A stretch of 64,000 bases of DNA from a virus (IMGVR_UViG_3300042291_000844:160001-224000); one strand, 5' to 3'; shown: positions 38,058 to 47,177, counted from the stretch's first letter. Program-made: numbers and translations. Notes: generated by a model from the letters alone, not told the origin.

Positions 38058-38228
38058 TTACTTCACTGCTGAAGTAGAATCAACTACTGGTGTAGATGTA
38101 GAATCAACTGCTACTGCAGAAGAATCGGTTACTACTGTCGTTGAATCAGTTGTAGCTTCAGTCGAAGCGTTACCACCACATGCAGTTAAACCTGCTGCGA
38201 TGAAAAGTGCAAATAGTACTTTTTTCAT
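38058..38228 (-). CDS. 56-aa Ser/Thr-rich lipoprotein
   Basis: MKK + hydrophobic core + LTAC lipobox; D-S-T repeats. Confidence 0.85.
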   Translation of the reverse strand: MKKVLFALFIAAGLTACGGNASTEATTDSTTVVTDSSAVAVDSTSTPVVDSTSAVK

Positions 38229-38324
38229 ATTGTTGTTTTTTTTAGTCCCTTTGATTAACAATTATTCAAACTTAATTATGGCGGGACGTGAACCACAATC
38301 TCATTTGATGTTTTTATTTATATG

Positions 38325-38356
38325 TAAATATACGAAATTATTTTTAATCTACCAAA
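38325..38356 (-). promoter_or_regulatory. Bacteroidota sigma70-type promoter
   Basis: TTTG-N20-TATATTTA. Confidence 0.7.
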
Positions 38357-38904
38357 TATTTATTCAATTCTTTTATAAATAGTTCAGCCCCTAAGTGGTG
38401 GTTCTCCTCCCAATCATCTGGATTACCATCATCTGAGATAAATTTATAGGATACAAAATTATACCCATATATCTTACAAACCTTTGCCAGGGCATATGCT
38501 TCCATATCAAATACCCCATTTTTAGGGTTTTGTTCAAAGTGGTCTTGTGTATGACAGAGATACCCACCTGCCCCAAATATAATCGGTTCATCGCCTATTT
38601 GTGGATACATTTCCTTATCAAATGGTGTAGTTTTTAGGGGTGAAAATGGTCTACCATCCATATCCTCTTGAATAAATACCTTACACTCTACCAAAGAATG
38701 GGTTGGTGTGGATTTTGAGCCGGCAGAACCATAGTTTAACACTATTGTATTAGTATTGTATACTTGATATGCAGGTGATAGGACTTCGGTTGCTTTTATT
38801 GCAGCATTAACCTTTCCCACTCCGGTATAAAATACCTCCACTCCTTCTGGTATCAGTTCTTTTGGTAATTCACTCTCTAATGCAACGAATAACTTAATCT
38901 TCAT
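38344..38904 (-). CDS. mtnN: MTA/SAH nucleosidase-like protein (PNP_UDP family)
   Basis: TGVGKVNAA, NYGSAG, DMEAYALAKVC, KFISD. Confidence 0.85.
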   Translation of the reverse strand: MKIKLFVALESELPKELIPEGVEVFYTGVGKVNAAIKATEVLSPAYQVYNTNTIVLNYGSAGSKSTPTHSLVECKVFIQEDMDGRPFSPLKTTPFDKEMYPQIGDEPIIFGAGGYLCHTQDHFEQNPKNGVFDMEAYALAKVCKIYGYNFVSYKFISDDGNPDDWEENHHLGAELFIKELNKYLVD

Positions 38905-39391
38905 AGTATATTAAACTTTTAACATCTGGTCTATCTACGATACCAATATCCACCAAACATAATTTACCGATAACTTTCAACCCCTCTGCCTTACATAATA
39001 ATTCGGCAGTATCAATTGTACCACCGGTTGCAAGGACATCATCTACAATAACTGCGGTTGAACCATCGTTACCAAACTTAGACATTTCTAACATATCAGT
39101 GCCATATTCCAAATTGTATGGTAATCCCCAATTATCTTTAGTTGGCAATTTCCCTTTCTTGCGTATCATTCGGATACCACCACCAAACTTATAAGATAGT
39201 GCAGATGCAAAAAGAAATCCTCTTGCTTCTACTGCCACCCAATAATCAGGTATCTCTACCAATGTACCCATTCGTTTGATTGCCTCTTTAAATACATTTT
39301 GATTAGCAAGTAATGGTTGGATATCTCTATACATAATTCCTTCCTTTGGAAAATCAGGAATTGTTTGTATGTAATCCTTAAAATTTATCAT
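38894..39391 (-). CDS. apt: Adenine phosphoribosyltransferase
   Basis: IPDFPKEGIMYRD, EARGF, RKKGKLP, LEYG, VDDVLATGGT. Confidence 0.95.
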   Translation of the reverse strand: MINFKDYIQTIPDFPKEGIMYRDIQPLLANQNVFKEAIKRMGTLVEIPDYWVAVEARGFLFASALSYKFGGGIRMIRKKGKLPTKDNWGLPYNLEYGTDMLEMSKFGNDGSTAVIVDDVLATGGTIDTAELLCKAEGLKVIGKLCLVDIGIVDRPDVKSLIYYED

Positions 39392-39686
39392 AACGAATTT
39401 TATTTAAATGTTCTTCTACTTTTTCAATGAATAAAATATCGTATACATCTTTACCAATATCAGTTGGCTCTACGTTGATTGCAGATTTAGCCCAATCACA
39501 TGCATTTTTTATATCTTCAGTTGAAAATACTGGTTTAGTTTCTGCTAATTGTTCATTTACAAAATGGATATATTCAGCTGAATTAATCCATTCTTGATAT
39601 CGTTGTTCTTCATCACTCATTTCTTGTAGTGTGTAGAAGTCATCTTCACTAAGATTGTTTACTAGGTTTTCCTTTATCTTTCCCAT
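39378..39686 (-). CDS. Hypothetical protein
   Basis: 102 aa ORF. Confidence 0.7.
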   Translation of the reverse strand: MGKIKENLVNNLSEDDFYTLQEMSDEEQRYQEWINSAEYIHFVNEQLAETKPVFSTEDIKNACDWAKSAINVEPTDIGKDVYDILFIEKVEEHLNKIRYDKF

Positions 39687-39803
39687 TTTGGATAATTTTT
39701 ATTTGTGATTCGGTTAGAATCTTGTTTGATTTAATTTCTTCTTGTTTTGGTACGTGGTAATTTTTTACCAACTTTTCTAGCCAGTTTTCGTTTATAGGTT
39801 TAC

Positions 39804-40022
39804 TCATTTATTATATTGTTTTTGAATTTTTAAATCTTGCAGTTTCGATTTTGTTTTTAAAATTAGCATATTAAGGTTAGCAATTTTAAATTTTTTAAAT
39901 AGTTTACCAAACCAATTGGTTGGGTTAGTTGATTCTATTTTTTGTAATGCTAATTGTAATTTTTTTAAATCTTTTTTAAGAGGCATTGTTAATGATATTT
40001 TGGGTTTGGGTGATTGTTTCAT
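39804..40022 (-). CDS. Basic hypothetical protein
   Basis: 72 aa, Lys-rich. Confidence 0.45.
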   Translation of the reverse strand: MKQSPKPKISLTMPLKKDLKKLQLALQKIESTNPTNWFGKLFKKFKIANLNMLILKTKSKLQDLKIQKQYNK

Positions 40023-40269
40023 CTGCAGTATTTACTTTTGCTCTATACATCATACGAATAATCGTACCCAATTCTTCATCAGTAGTATCGTCATCCATTA
40101 TGATTTCTTTTCTAACTAATAAAGATTCTTTACCTTCTCTTGCAAGTTTAATGATTTGTTTTAAATAATGGGTATTCATATAATTGTTTTTTAATAGCCA
40201 ACCATGTCCTCTAATAATTCTGGTACATACCCATCTCGTACTAAATCTGGATATTCTCCATTCAACCAA
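39976..40269 (-). CDS. Hypothetical protein
   Basis: True start probably MNTHYLK. Confidence 0.55.
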   Translation of the reverse strand: MVEWRISRFSTRWVCTRIIRGHGWLLKNNYMNTHYLKQIIKLAREGKESLLVRKEIIMDDDTTDEELGTIIRMMYRAKVNTADETITQTQNIINNAS

Positions 40270-40526
40270 TAGTTTTCAGAATTCTCAATTCCTAATATAG
40301 TTTCATCATATATATCATCAATCTCATATCCACTACCATATCCATGTGCAACTACTGCCTTAGAAATTTCTCTTAATGATTTCTCATCATCTTCACTATA
40401 TGCTTTTATCAAAGCCTTTTTAATATTGGTTTTCATTATCTCACCAATCTTTTCGTTATGAGTATACATATCCTGATTCCAGGGCTTTGTAATATTAATT
40501 CCGTATTTAGTTCCTAATGTTTTCAT
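40191..40526 (-). CDS. Hypothetical protein
   Basis: 111 aa ORF. Confidence 0.7.
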   Translation of the reverse strand: MKTLGTKYGINITKPWNQDMYTHNEKIGEIMKTNIKKALIKAYSEDDEKSLREISKAVVAHGYGSGYEIDDIYDETILGIENSENYWLNGEYPDLVRDGYVPELLEDMVGY

Positions 40527-40732
40527 ATTGATTTATAATTTAAATAAACGTCTCTAATTGCATTTAATCTAAGTTGAACATCATCGCCATAAAATCCAAG
40601 TGAGTGGTCATATAAATCATATAAAAATTGATAATCCGCTTTACTAATATGATTTAGTCCATCTACCCAATACCAAGCTATTAATGTTTGTAATGCTTGT
40701 TTTCGTTCTTCGGTCATTTCATTCTTCACCAT
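40523..40732 (-). CDS. Hypothetical protein
   Basis: 69 aa ORF. Confidence 0.65.
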   Translation of the reverse strand: MVKNEMTEERKQALQTLIAWYWVDGLNHISKADYQFLYDLYDHSLGFYGDDVQLRLNAIRDVYLNYKSI

Positions 40733-40754
40733 AATCTAGTTATTTTAAGGTTAA

Positions 40755-40783
40755 ATAAAAGAAGGAGGGGAGAAACTCCCCCC
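40755..40783 (-). terminator. Intrinsic terminator
   Basis: GGGGAG-TTT-CTCCCC stem followed by a pyrimidine tract, downstream of the ATPase gene. Confidence 0.55.
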
Positions 40784-40807
40784 ATTCAGTTGTAATAATG
40801 ATTAACC

Positions 40808-42025
40808 CTAAAACTGTGGAATCTCATCCACATTATCTTCAGTCTTCGCTTCGAAAAGCGGAGAACCATTTTCATCCTTTTCGTACTTTTGAACTAATTG
40901 CTTAACATAAGTTCTTTCAGAATCAACCCCACCATCGTTAGAGAAGAAAGGAAAGATTGAAATCTCTGCAGCTTCAAACAAATTGAATCCATCATAAACC
41001 AAACTCGCCATTTCAACCGATGCTCTGGTAGAAACCATTGAGGATAACTTTCCACTATCACTCATTGATTGAGTTCTTGTGTGGTGAGAAATCTCGGAGA
41101 TTGCTTTCAAATCATCTTCAGCAACTTCTGGGAACATATATTTAAGTAATTCAAATTCCTGTACATCATTCAACACATCCATTTCAATTGTTACGAAACG
41201 GTCTAACATTGCTCGGTCAATAACACGAGTAGAGGTATATTCAGAACCAATATTGGCAGTTGCGATAAAGGTAACCCCGTCTGCAACATTTACAATTGGT
41301 GAACCTTCTGCCTCGTCCAATCGTAAGTATCTTTGACCTTGGTCTAAAACACTCATTAAGATATTCCAAGCATCTGGGTGAGCTCTACTTAACTCATCCA
41401 ATAAGATAACTGCGTTTGGTGTCTTAATGGCTTTAACGAAAGCCGATTCTGAGAAGAACGTTCCCTTGCCTTGGTCAAAGTGAGTATTACCAATTAAGGT
41501 CGCTCTCGGGTCTTGAGTTGCACCTAAGTTGAAATAATAATCAGGTCTCTCTAATGATTTAACCAACGCCTTTGCGGCTAATGTTTTACCACAACCAGCA
41601 GGGCCGGTCATCATAATATTCTTAGCACGAACTGCTGAACGAATTAAGTATTTCCACTTAAGGTCTGTCATCACCAACTCACGTGGTTTTAATGATACCG
41701 AACCCTTATGGATGAAATCCTTAACTGCATTGTGGTCTGCGGATTCCTCAATTTGGATACCACCATCTGCAGTATTCATTGGGATAATCATCGCGTTATA
41801 TACACCCATATCTACTTTACGATAGGTTTTTTTACCTGTCTTATCTACATATGCTTGAACCGCTTTACCTTCGTTGAAGGCTTGTTTACGGGTTAAGGAT
41901 GTACCTAATGTACCAACCTTGTTACCGGCAGTGTCAATCATTTTGAAAGTACTACCAAATTTTTCTACTTTGTAGATTTCGTTAGCAACGAACCCTACCA
42001 CATTTAAATCGAGATTTTTTTTCAT
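40808..42025 (-). CDS. MoxR/CbbQ/CobS-type AAA+ ATPase
   Basis: Walker A GPAGCGKT, Walker B ILLDEL, ATAN, AMLDRF. Confidence 0.92.
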   Translation of the reverse strand: MKKNLDLNVVGFVANEIYKVEKFGSTFKMIDTAGNKVGTLGTSLTRKQAFNEGKAVQAYVDKTGKKTYRKVDMGVYNAMIIPMNTADGGIQIEESADHNAVKDFIHKGSVSLKPRELVMTDLKWKYLIRSAVRAKNIMMTGPAGCGKTLAAKALVKSLERPDYYFNLGATQDPRATLIGNTHFDQGKGTFFSESAFVKAIKTPNAVILLDELSRAHPDAWNILMSVLDQGQRYLRLDEAEGSPIVNVADGVTFIATANIGSEYTSTRVIDRAMLDRFVTIEMDVLNDVQEFELLKYMFPEVAEDDLKAISEISHHTRTQSMSDSGKLSSMVSTRASVEMASLVYDGFNLFEAAEISIFPFFSNDGGVDSERTYVKQLVQKYEKDENGSPLFEAKTEDNVDEIPQF

Positions 42026-42060
42026 TGTTTTAAGTTTTAATGTTATCAATTATTACAAAG

Positions 42061-42092
42061 CTAATATACGACCTTTTATTGAGATTTCCAAA
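42061..42092 (-). promoter_or_regulatory. Promoter cassette
   Basis: TTTG-N20-TATATTAGCTTTGTAA. Confidence 0.8.
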
Positions 42093-42127
42093 TATATTGC
42101 CATTTATTTTTAAAGTTTTTTTATGAA

Positions 42128-42157
42128 TAAAAACAAGCCATTGAAACCCAATGGCTT
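42128..42157 (-). terminator. Hairpin terminator with TTGA-N3-CCAA apex
   Basis: AAGCCATTG-N5-CAATGGCTT followed by GTTTTT on the minus strand. Confidence 0.7.
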
Positions 42158-42162
42158 ATATA

Positions 42163-44256
42163 TTATTTAGAAAGAAAGAGTGAATTCATTGTTTTGGTGA
42201 TTTGTGAAACGTTTGTCACATCAATACATTCAGCACCCTTACCATACATCGTTTTAAACCCGTGACTAACTCTACCTGAACTACTTTCCTCAACAAAGTA
42301 AGAAAGTGTTTTAATACCCATTCCTTCTATTTGCTTAACCATCTTTTGAGTATGTTTATAAGCAGGTCCACCTTGATATTCAAATTTACTGCAGTTAAAG
42401 AAAGGTTCACCATCTGATATGTTTAAGAAATAAGAATCCATATCGTTATTAGATGGAACTAACAATTTCATAATTGCTTCGTAACATAATCCTTCCGGTG
42501 TAGTACCCCCTGCGTTTAAGCCAGGGAATAAACTTTTCACTTTTGAAATCTTATCAACTCGTGAATCATAAGCAATAACTACATAAGGTTTTGAATCGGT
42601 TGTGGTTCTGATTGAAATCTGAATTGAAAGATTTTGAATCATATCAACTGCCTTACATAAAGCGGTTACGTTGGTAAGAGTTTCCACCCATTTTCTACCA
42701 CTCATTGAACCAGATGCATCAATCGAAACGTGCAAGTTAGCCTTTTTGTATGAATCAATCTCAGTAAATTGGAAAACGTTTTCGTTTCCGAATCCTAATG
42801 ATGAAATCATTCTCTTATCAATACGACCAACTTTTTGTCTATTAAAGACCGTCGTTCTATCTTCACCTCGTACCTGTAATCTCTTACCTAACAAAGTTCC
42901 GATACGAATTCCGTTGTCAATTGCAGCCTGATTATATTTGTGAAATTCCTTAGTTTCCCAATTTACATAACTAAGAGGGAACGTGTCGGTATTCATCAAT
43001 GCCGTAGTTAATTTATTAACCACAATACATTCAACACCTCGTTGTGGAGTACCCCAACCATTTGGCATATCCACACCCACCGATTTAATTTCAGAACCAG
43101 ATTCTTCAATTGAGTTAAGGTCGGTCAATTCTCTATTACTAATACCCTTCTTATGGATATTACCACGTAAGAAATCCTTTTGTTTTTCTATTTTCTTTTT
43201 TAATAACTTTTTCTGAGTTTCTGATAATTCGGTAGCCGATTTTGAACTACCCTCTGAATCAGATGTAGATGGCTTACCACCTTCCATTGGAGATGATGCA
43301 GACATCGATGAACCTCCCATTGAATTTTCATCTTCATCGCCAACCATTTCAGTTTTACCATTTTCAGAATCAGAATCAGATTCATCCGATTCATCATTTG
43401 ATTGACCAGAACCACCACCACCTTCACCTTCTTCGTCTCCATTTTCTCCCTCACCGGTTTCACCTTGTGTAGAATTAGATTGGTCTTGTGCTTTAGTTGC
43501 GATAGGTAAGTTAGTTAAAATCTCTTCAAAGATACTCAATGCAACATCAAACGCATCTTTTGTAGATTGTAAACGGCTGATATTACCCAACCCAACCAAT
43601 TTGTAAATGGCTTTAAGACCATTCAACTTATTAAGGTCAGCGTTTTTATTATGAAGATTGATAATTCTGAACATATATGATTCAATAGTTTCCTCATTAT
43701 ATTCATCACTTTTCAATGCCTTATCAATTAAAGGGTCATTAAAGTACTTATCATACATTGAACGATAATACTCTCTATAACCAGGTGCCTGATTAAATAC
43801 ATACCAGTCAATTCGTCTATCTTCAACATAGTTCCAAATATCCTTTACGATTGATATCGGATTCATAATCCCTTTTTTAATTGCGGAATCAGAAACCGAA
43901 GCGGGAATCATTGAATGAATATCTCTCAATAATTCAAAGTTAGATAATTTAATGTGAGAACCCTCGTGTAACGCCAATCCAACTGCCACGTCAAAATCCT
44001 TTGGTTCAACTACATTAGAACCAATTACCACTGCTTTACCATCAGTATAGGAATTACCCTTACCGGAGAATTTCACAGGGATTGATTTGTTAGTAACAAT
44101 GTTTACGAAGTTTGAAATCGCCCTCTTTGCAGTGGCTAATTTATAAAGGTCATGTGATTTACGCTCAACATCATTCATGTTGGTAACTAAGATGTCATCA
44201 TCTTCCCAATCGCGTAACCAGTAAGAGGCGTGGGGTTTATAAGAATATTTACTCAT
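42163..44256 (-). CDS. vWA (CobT-like) protein with N-terminal HExxH domain
   Basis: MIDAS IDASGSM, TPEG, ISDGEP; GLALHEGSH; acidic Gly/Ser linker. Confidence 0.85.
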   Translation of the reverse strand: MSKYSYKPHASYWLRDWEDDDILVTNMNDVERKSHDLYKLATAKRAISNFVNIVTNKSIPVKFSGKGNSYTDGKAVVIGSNVVEPKDFDVAVGLALHEGSHIKLSNFELLRDIHSMIPASVSDSAIKKGIMNPISIVKDIWNYVEDRRIDWYVFNQAPGYREYYRSMYDKYFNDPLIDKALKSDEYNEETIESYMFRIINLHNKNADLNKLNGLKAIYKLVGLGNISRLQSTKDAFDVALSIFEEILTNLPIATKAQDQSNSTQGETGEGENGDEEGEGGGGSGQSNDESDESDSDSENGKTEMVGDEDENSMGGSSMSASSPMEGGKPSTSDSEGSSKSATELSETQKKLLKKKIEKQKDFLRGNIHKKGISNRELTDLNSIEESGSEIKSVGVDMPNGWGTPQRGVECIVVNKLTTALMNTDTFPLSYVNWETKEFHKYNQAAIDNGIRIGTLLGKRLQVRGEDRTTVFNRQKVGRIDKRMISSLGFGNENVFQFTEIDSYKKANLHVSIDASGSMSGRKWVETLTNVTALCKAVDMIQNLSIQISIRTTTDSKPYVVIAYDSRVDKISKVKSLFPGLNAGGTTPEGLCYEAIMKLLVPSNNDMDSYFLNISDGEPFFNCSKFEYQGGPAYKHTQKMVKQIEGMGIKTLSYFVEESSSGRVSHGFKTMYGKGAECIDVTNVSQITKTMNSLFLSK

Positions 44257-44291
44257 ATGTTTATGTTTTAATGTTATCAATTACTACAAAG

Positions 44292-44323
44292 CTAAACTAC
44301 TAATAAAAATCGGTATTTCCAAA
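44292..44323 (-). promoter_or_regulatory. Promoter cassette
   Basis: TTTG-N20-TAGTTTAGCTTTGTA. Confidence 0.8.
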
Positions 44324-44393
44324 TTTTTACCCATTTATTTTTAAATTATTTTGGGTCGTATTATTAGGGGTGTTGTCTCTCATTGTTATAAAG

Positions 44394-44425
44394 CTAAACT
44401 ACACATTATTTACCACATTTCCAAA
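44394..44425 (-). promoter_or_regulatory. Promoter cassette (tandem, upstream copy)
   Basis: TTTG-N20-TAGTTTAGCTTT followed by ATGAGAGA. Confidence 0.8.
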
Positions 44426-44442
44426 TATTTTACCAATTATTT

Positions 44443-44478
44443 TAAAAAAAAATAACCTATTGGTTATCAATAGGTTAT
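44443..44478 (-). terminator. Hairpin terminator with TTGG-N3-TCAA apex
   Basis: ATAACCTATTG-N5-CAATAGGTTAT followed by a U run on the minus strand. Confidence 0.7.
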
Positions 44479-44738
44479 ATATAATTTTTTTAAGATGAGT
44501 ATAAATTGTATTATACGAGGAAGTTACGTCAACTTATTAGGAAAATCCTATTTTTGTTAGTTTTTTACTATTATGAGTGATAGTTATATAAAAATAACAC
44601 AACAAACTCAATTATTATGCTTAACTTATTTATAGGATTATTCTTATTATGTGCCTCTTTAGGGGTAGGAATTTCTAAAACTACCAAAGATTATGGGGTT
44701 AAAAAACAAAGAGAACACAAAGAACCACTTAGGTTAGA

Positions 44739-45149
44739 TTAATGTAAACTTTCTTCAAATACCAATTGTTCTAATCCTTGCTTTTGTCTATAATCATTTA
44801 TTGCAGATTTAATAGCATCTTCTGCCAATACTGAACAATGTATCTTAACTGGTGGTAATGATAGTTCCTCTACCAATTCCATATTATCCATTTTGATTGC
44901 ATCATCTATTGACATTCCCTTCAACCATTCAGTTGCTAGGGATGATGCTGCTATTGCAGAACCACATCCAAAGGTTTTAAATTTAGCATCAGTAATGATA
45001 TTATCATTAACTTCTATTTGTAATCTCATTACATCACCACATTCGGGTGCACCCACTAATCCCGTACCTACATTGGATTTACTTTTATCCAAAGTACCTA
45101 CGTTACGTGGGTTATTGAAATGGTCTATTACTTTATCGCCGTATGCCAT
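44739..45149 (-). CDS. iscU: Fe-S cluster scaffold IscU/NifU
   Basis: DHFNNPRNVG, APECGD, KTFGCGSAIA, LPPVKIHCS. Confidence 0.97.
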   Translation of the reverse strand: MAYGDKVIDHFNNPRNVGTLDKSKSNVGTGLVGAPECGDVMRLQIEVNDNIITDAKFKTFGCGSAIAASSLATEWLKGMSIDDAIKMDNMELVEELSLPPVKIHCSVLAEDAIKSAINDYRQKQGLEQLVFEESLH

Positions 45150-45152
45150 AAT

Positions 45153-45386
45153 TTATTTTTTATTTAAGTATCTCGTAAGAAATATATACACCAACCAAAA
45201 AGAGCCTGAAATTGAGTAGAAGATAACGTCTGCTCCCCAATACGAACCTGTCAGTTCCATCATTAGTTTGAATAGTGCATCGTAACCAAGTGGTAGAAAG
45301 AACATCGCTAACATTAGTGATGTATCTTTGTAAAACATCAATCGATGTTCCTTTTCCTTTAATTTGTTTAGTTTTTTTACTATCAC
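45153..45386 (-). CDS. 2-TM membrane protein
   Basis: 77 aa, two hydrophobic helices. Confidence 0.6.
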   Translation of the reverse strand: MIVKKLNKLKEKEHRLMFYKDTSLMLAMFFLPLGYDALFKLMMELTGSYWGADVIFYSISGSFWLVYIFLTRYLNKK

Positions 45387-45446
45387 CTTCGTTCATTTAT
45401 AAGTTAGTTTCGTGAATAATGCGTAACCTTTTATATAAGTATCATT

Positions 45447-46775
45447 CTAATCAATATAAACAAAATCCAAATATTTATCAGATTTTAATTTTTGGCGAAT
45501 TCTTTCATCTGAACATTTGAAATGATTTGCTGCTTCTAACAACGAATAAAACTCCATACCTTCACAACTAATTATCGGCACTTCTATACGAATTGTGCCG
45601 TTCCATAGTTTTTCCATTTCATCATATGTAATATCCCATTCATCAGTTTTTTTCCAATGACGGTATTTTAAGTTACCAGAATCTATAAAATTACGAGCTC
45701 GTTGTTCACTAAAATCTCCACCAATTAGTTCTGATATTTGTTTAGGGGTTTCAAATGGAATACCATCCACCTCATATCGAATTGTGGGTTTAGTTTCTGC
45801 TCCTACTATTTGCCAATCTTTGTATTTTGATTTAGTAGATTTGCATCTACGTTCTATCTCCGTTGCAACTAATTCATTTGGGTCTATTGATATTGCTGCT
45901 TCTCTGAATGATTTATATCTAATCCCATCTACAATACATTTATACGAACCATCCCAATTAATATCTTCAGTTGCTAAATCAGGATTACCCTTTACAAATA
46001 CTAATATGTTTTGATGAACCGATGCTATTTTTCGATTTCTATCAAAATATGTTTTGGATATTTTAGATGCCTGATGTTGTGAATTAAATAACACCATATC
46101 GTTATAAAAACTAAAACCAATTTCCTCACATCCCATTATTGTTTTAGCAACTAAGTTTCGATACTTACCGATTTTATAATTCCCTGTCTTAGATACCTCA
46201 CGGGTTTCTGATAGAACTATACAAAAGAATCTATTATCTTTTAGTTTAGAATAGGACTCAGTTAAAATGTGTGCATATGCATCATCAAAATCCTCATCAT
46301 CCATATTTGATAAATCGTTTTCATTATCAGAATATATTTCTAAATCGTAGTAAGGTGGACATGTAAATACAAAATCATAGGTTTCATCATCAAGTGTTTC
46401 CAATATCTCTGCACTATCACCTACTATCCAATTTGGTTTTTCAGATTGTTTTTGATTTGCAAGGATTTGAGTTTCCGATATATCAATGCCGGTGTAATTG
46501 TATCCCATTTCTGATGCAACTATACCTCTAACACTGCCTCCTGCAAATGGGTCTAATATAGTTCCGCCTTTGGGACAAAACCATTCATACATCAATTCAC
46601 ATAATGTAGCATCAAATATTGATACGGAAGGTTCTTCAGTATCCCAAAAATTTGTTTTGGAAATAGTTTGTTCTCTACCTAATTCAGATTGAATTTTATA
46701 GGTATTAATCCACCATCTCTTTCTATCTTGCCACTCTTTTGTACGAGTGTCTAAAATAGAGAAAGGTTTAATCAT
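45447..46775 (-). CDS. Amino (N6A/N4C) DNA methyltransferase with C-terminal NUMOD1-like repeats
   Basis: LDPFAGGS motif I, TCPPYY motif IV; three (V/C)(D/E)G...(Y/F).S/T..(E/Q).A-type repeats. Confidence 0.8.
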   Translation of the reverse strand: MIKPFSILDTRTKEWQDRKRWWINTYKIQSELGREQTISKTNFWDTEEPSVSIFDATLCELMYEWFCPKGGTILDPFAGGSVRGIVASEMGYNYTGIDISETQILANQKQSEKPNWIVGDSAEILETLDDETYDFVFTCPPYYDLEIYSDNENDLSNMDDEDFDDAYAHILTESYSKLKDNRFFCIVLSETREVSKTGNYKIGKYRNLVAKTIMGCEEIGFSFYNDMVLFNSQHQASKISKTYFDRNRKIASVHQNILVFVKGNPDLATEDINWDGSYKCIVDGIRYKSFREAAISIDPNELVATEIERRCKSTKSKYKDWQIVGAETKPTIRYEVDGIPFETPKQISELIGGDFSEQRARNFIDSGNLKYRHWKKTDEWDITYDEMEKLWNGTIRIEVPIISCEGMEFYSLLEAANHFKCSDERIRQKLKSDKYLDFVYID

Positions 46776-46947
46776 TTTGTTTTGATTTGTAATATTCCTC
46801 TATCTTCATATCAAGATAATCAATAGAGCCAGTATGTGTACTAGAAAACCCTTCATACTTTAAATACCTTTTAATCGCATCAGAATTTTCTTCTAATTCC
46901 GATTTTAATTTTTTTAATTCCGGTAGGTGTGCAGTAATATAGGTCAT
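46768..46947 (-). CDS. Hypothetical protein (59 aa, not in track)
   Basis: MTYITAHLPELKKLK... Confidence 0.55.
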   Translation of the reverse strand: MTYITAHLPELKKLKSELEENSDAIKRYLKYEGFSSTHTGSIDYLDMKIEEYYKSKQND

Positions 46948-46963
46948 AACTTATTTATTTTTA

Positions 46964-47125
46964 TTAATATTCGCCAGAATCGAATCCATTAGATTTTCTT
47001 TCTAAGTCTTCGTATAGAGCATCCATCTCCTTTAAGACAAGTTTTACCTGTCTCCAATCTTGCTCATCTATTGCATCTTCTAAAATATTACAATATTTTC
47101 CAATAAGTGTTGTTAAATCATCCAT
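46964..47125 (-). CDS. Hypothetical protein (53 aa, not in track)
   Basis: MDDLTTLIGKYCNILEDAIDEQDW... Confidence 0.55.
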   Translation of the reverse strand: MDDLTTLIGKYCNILEDAIDEQDWRQVKLVLKEMDALYEDLERKSNGFDSGEY

Positions 47126-47177
47126 AATTATTTCGTTGGTTTATTTATAAATTAAATATACCTTATTTAAAAAAAAG

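Noticed and set aside
42671-43472. Several + and - ORFs inside the vWA gene
   Set aside because: Shadows of its low-complexity linker; no independent start context
44617-44742. 41-aa + strand hydrophobic ORF convergent with iscU
   Set aside because: Plausible but has no promoter motif or family support; left unannotated
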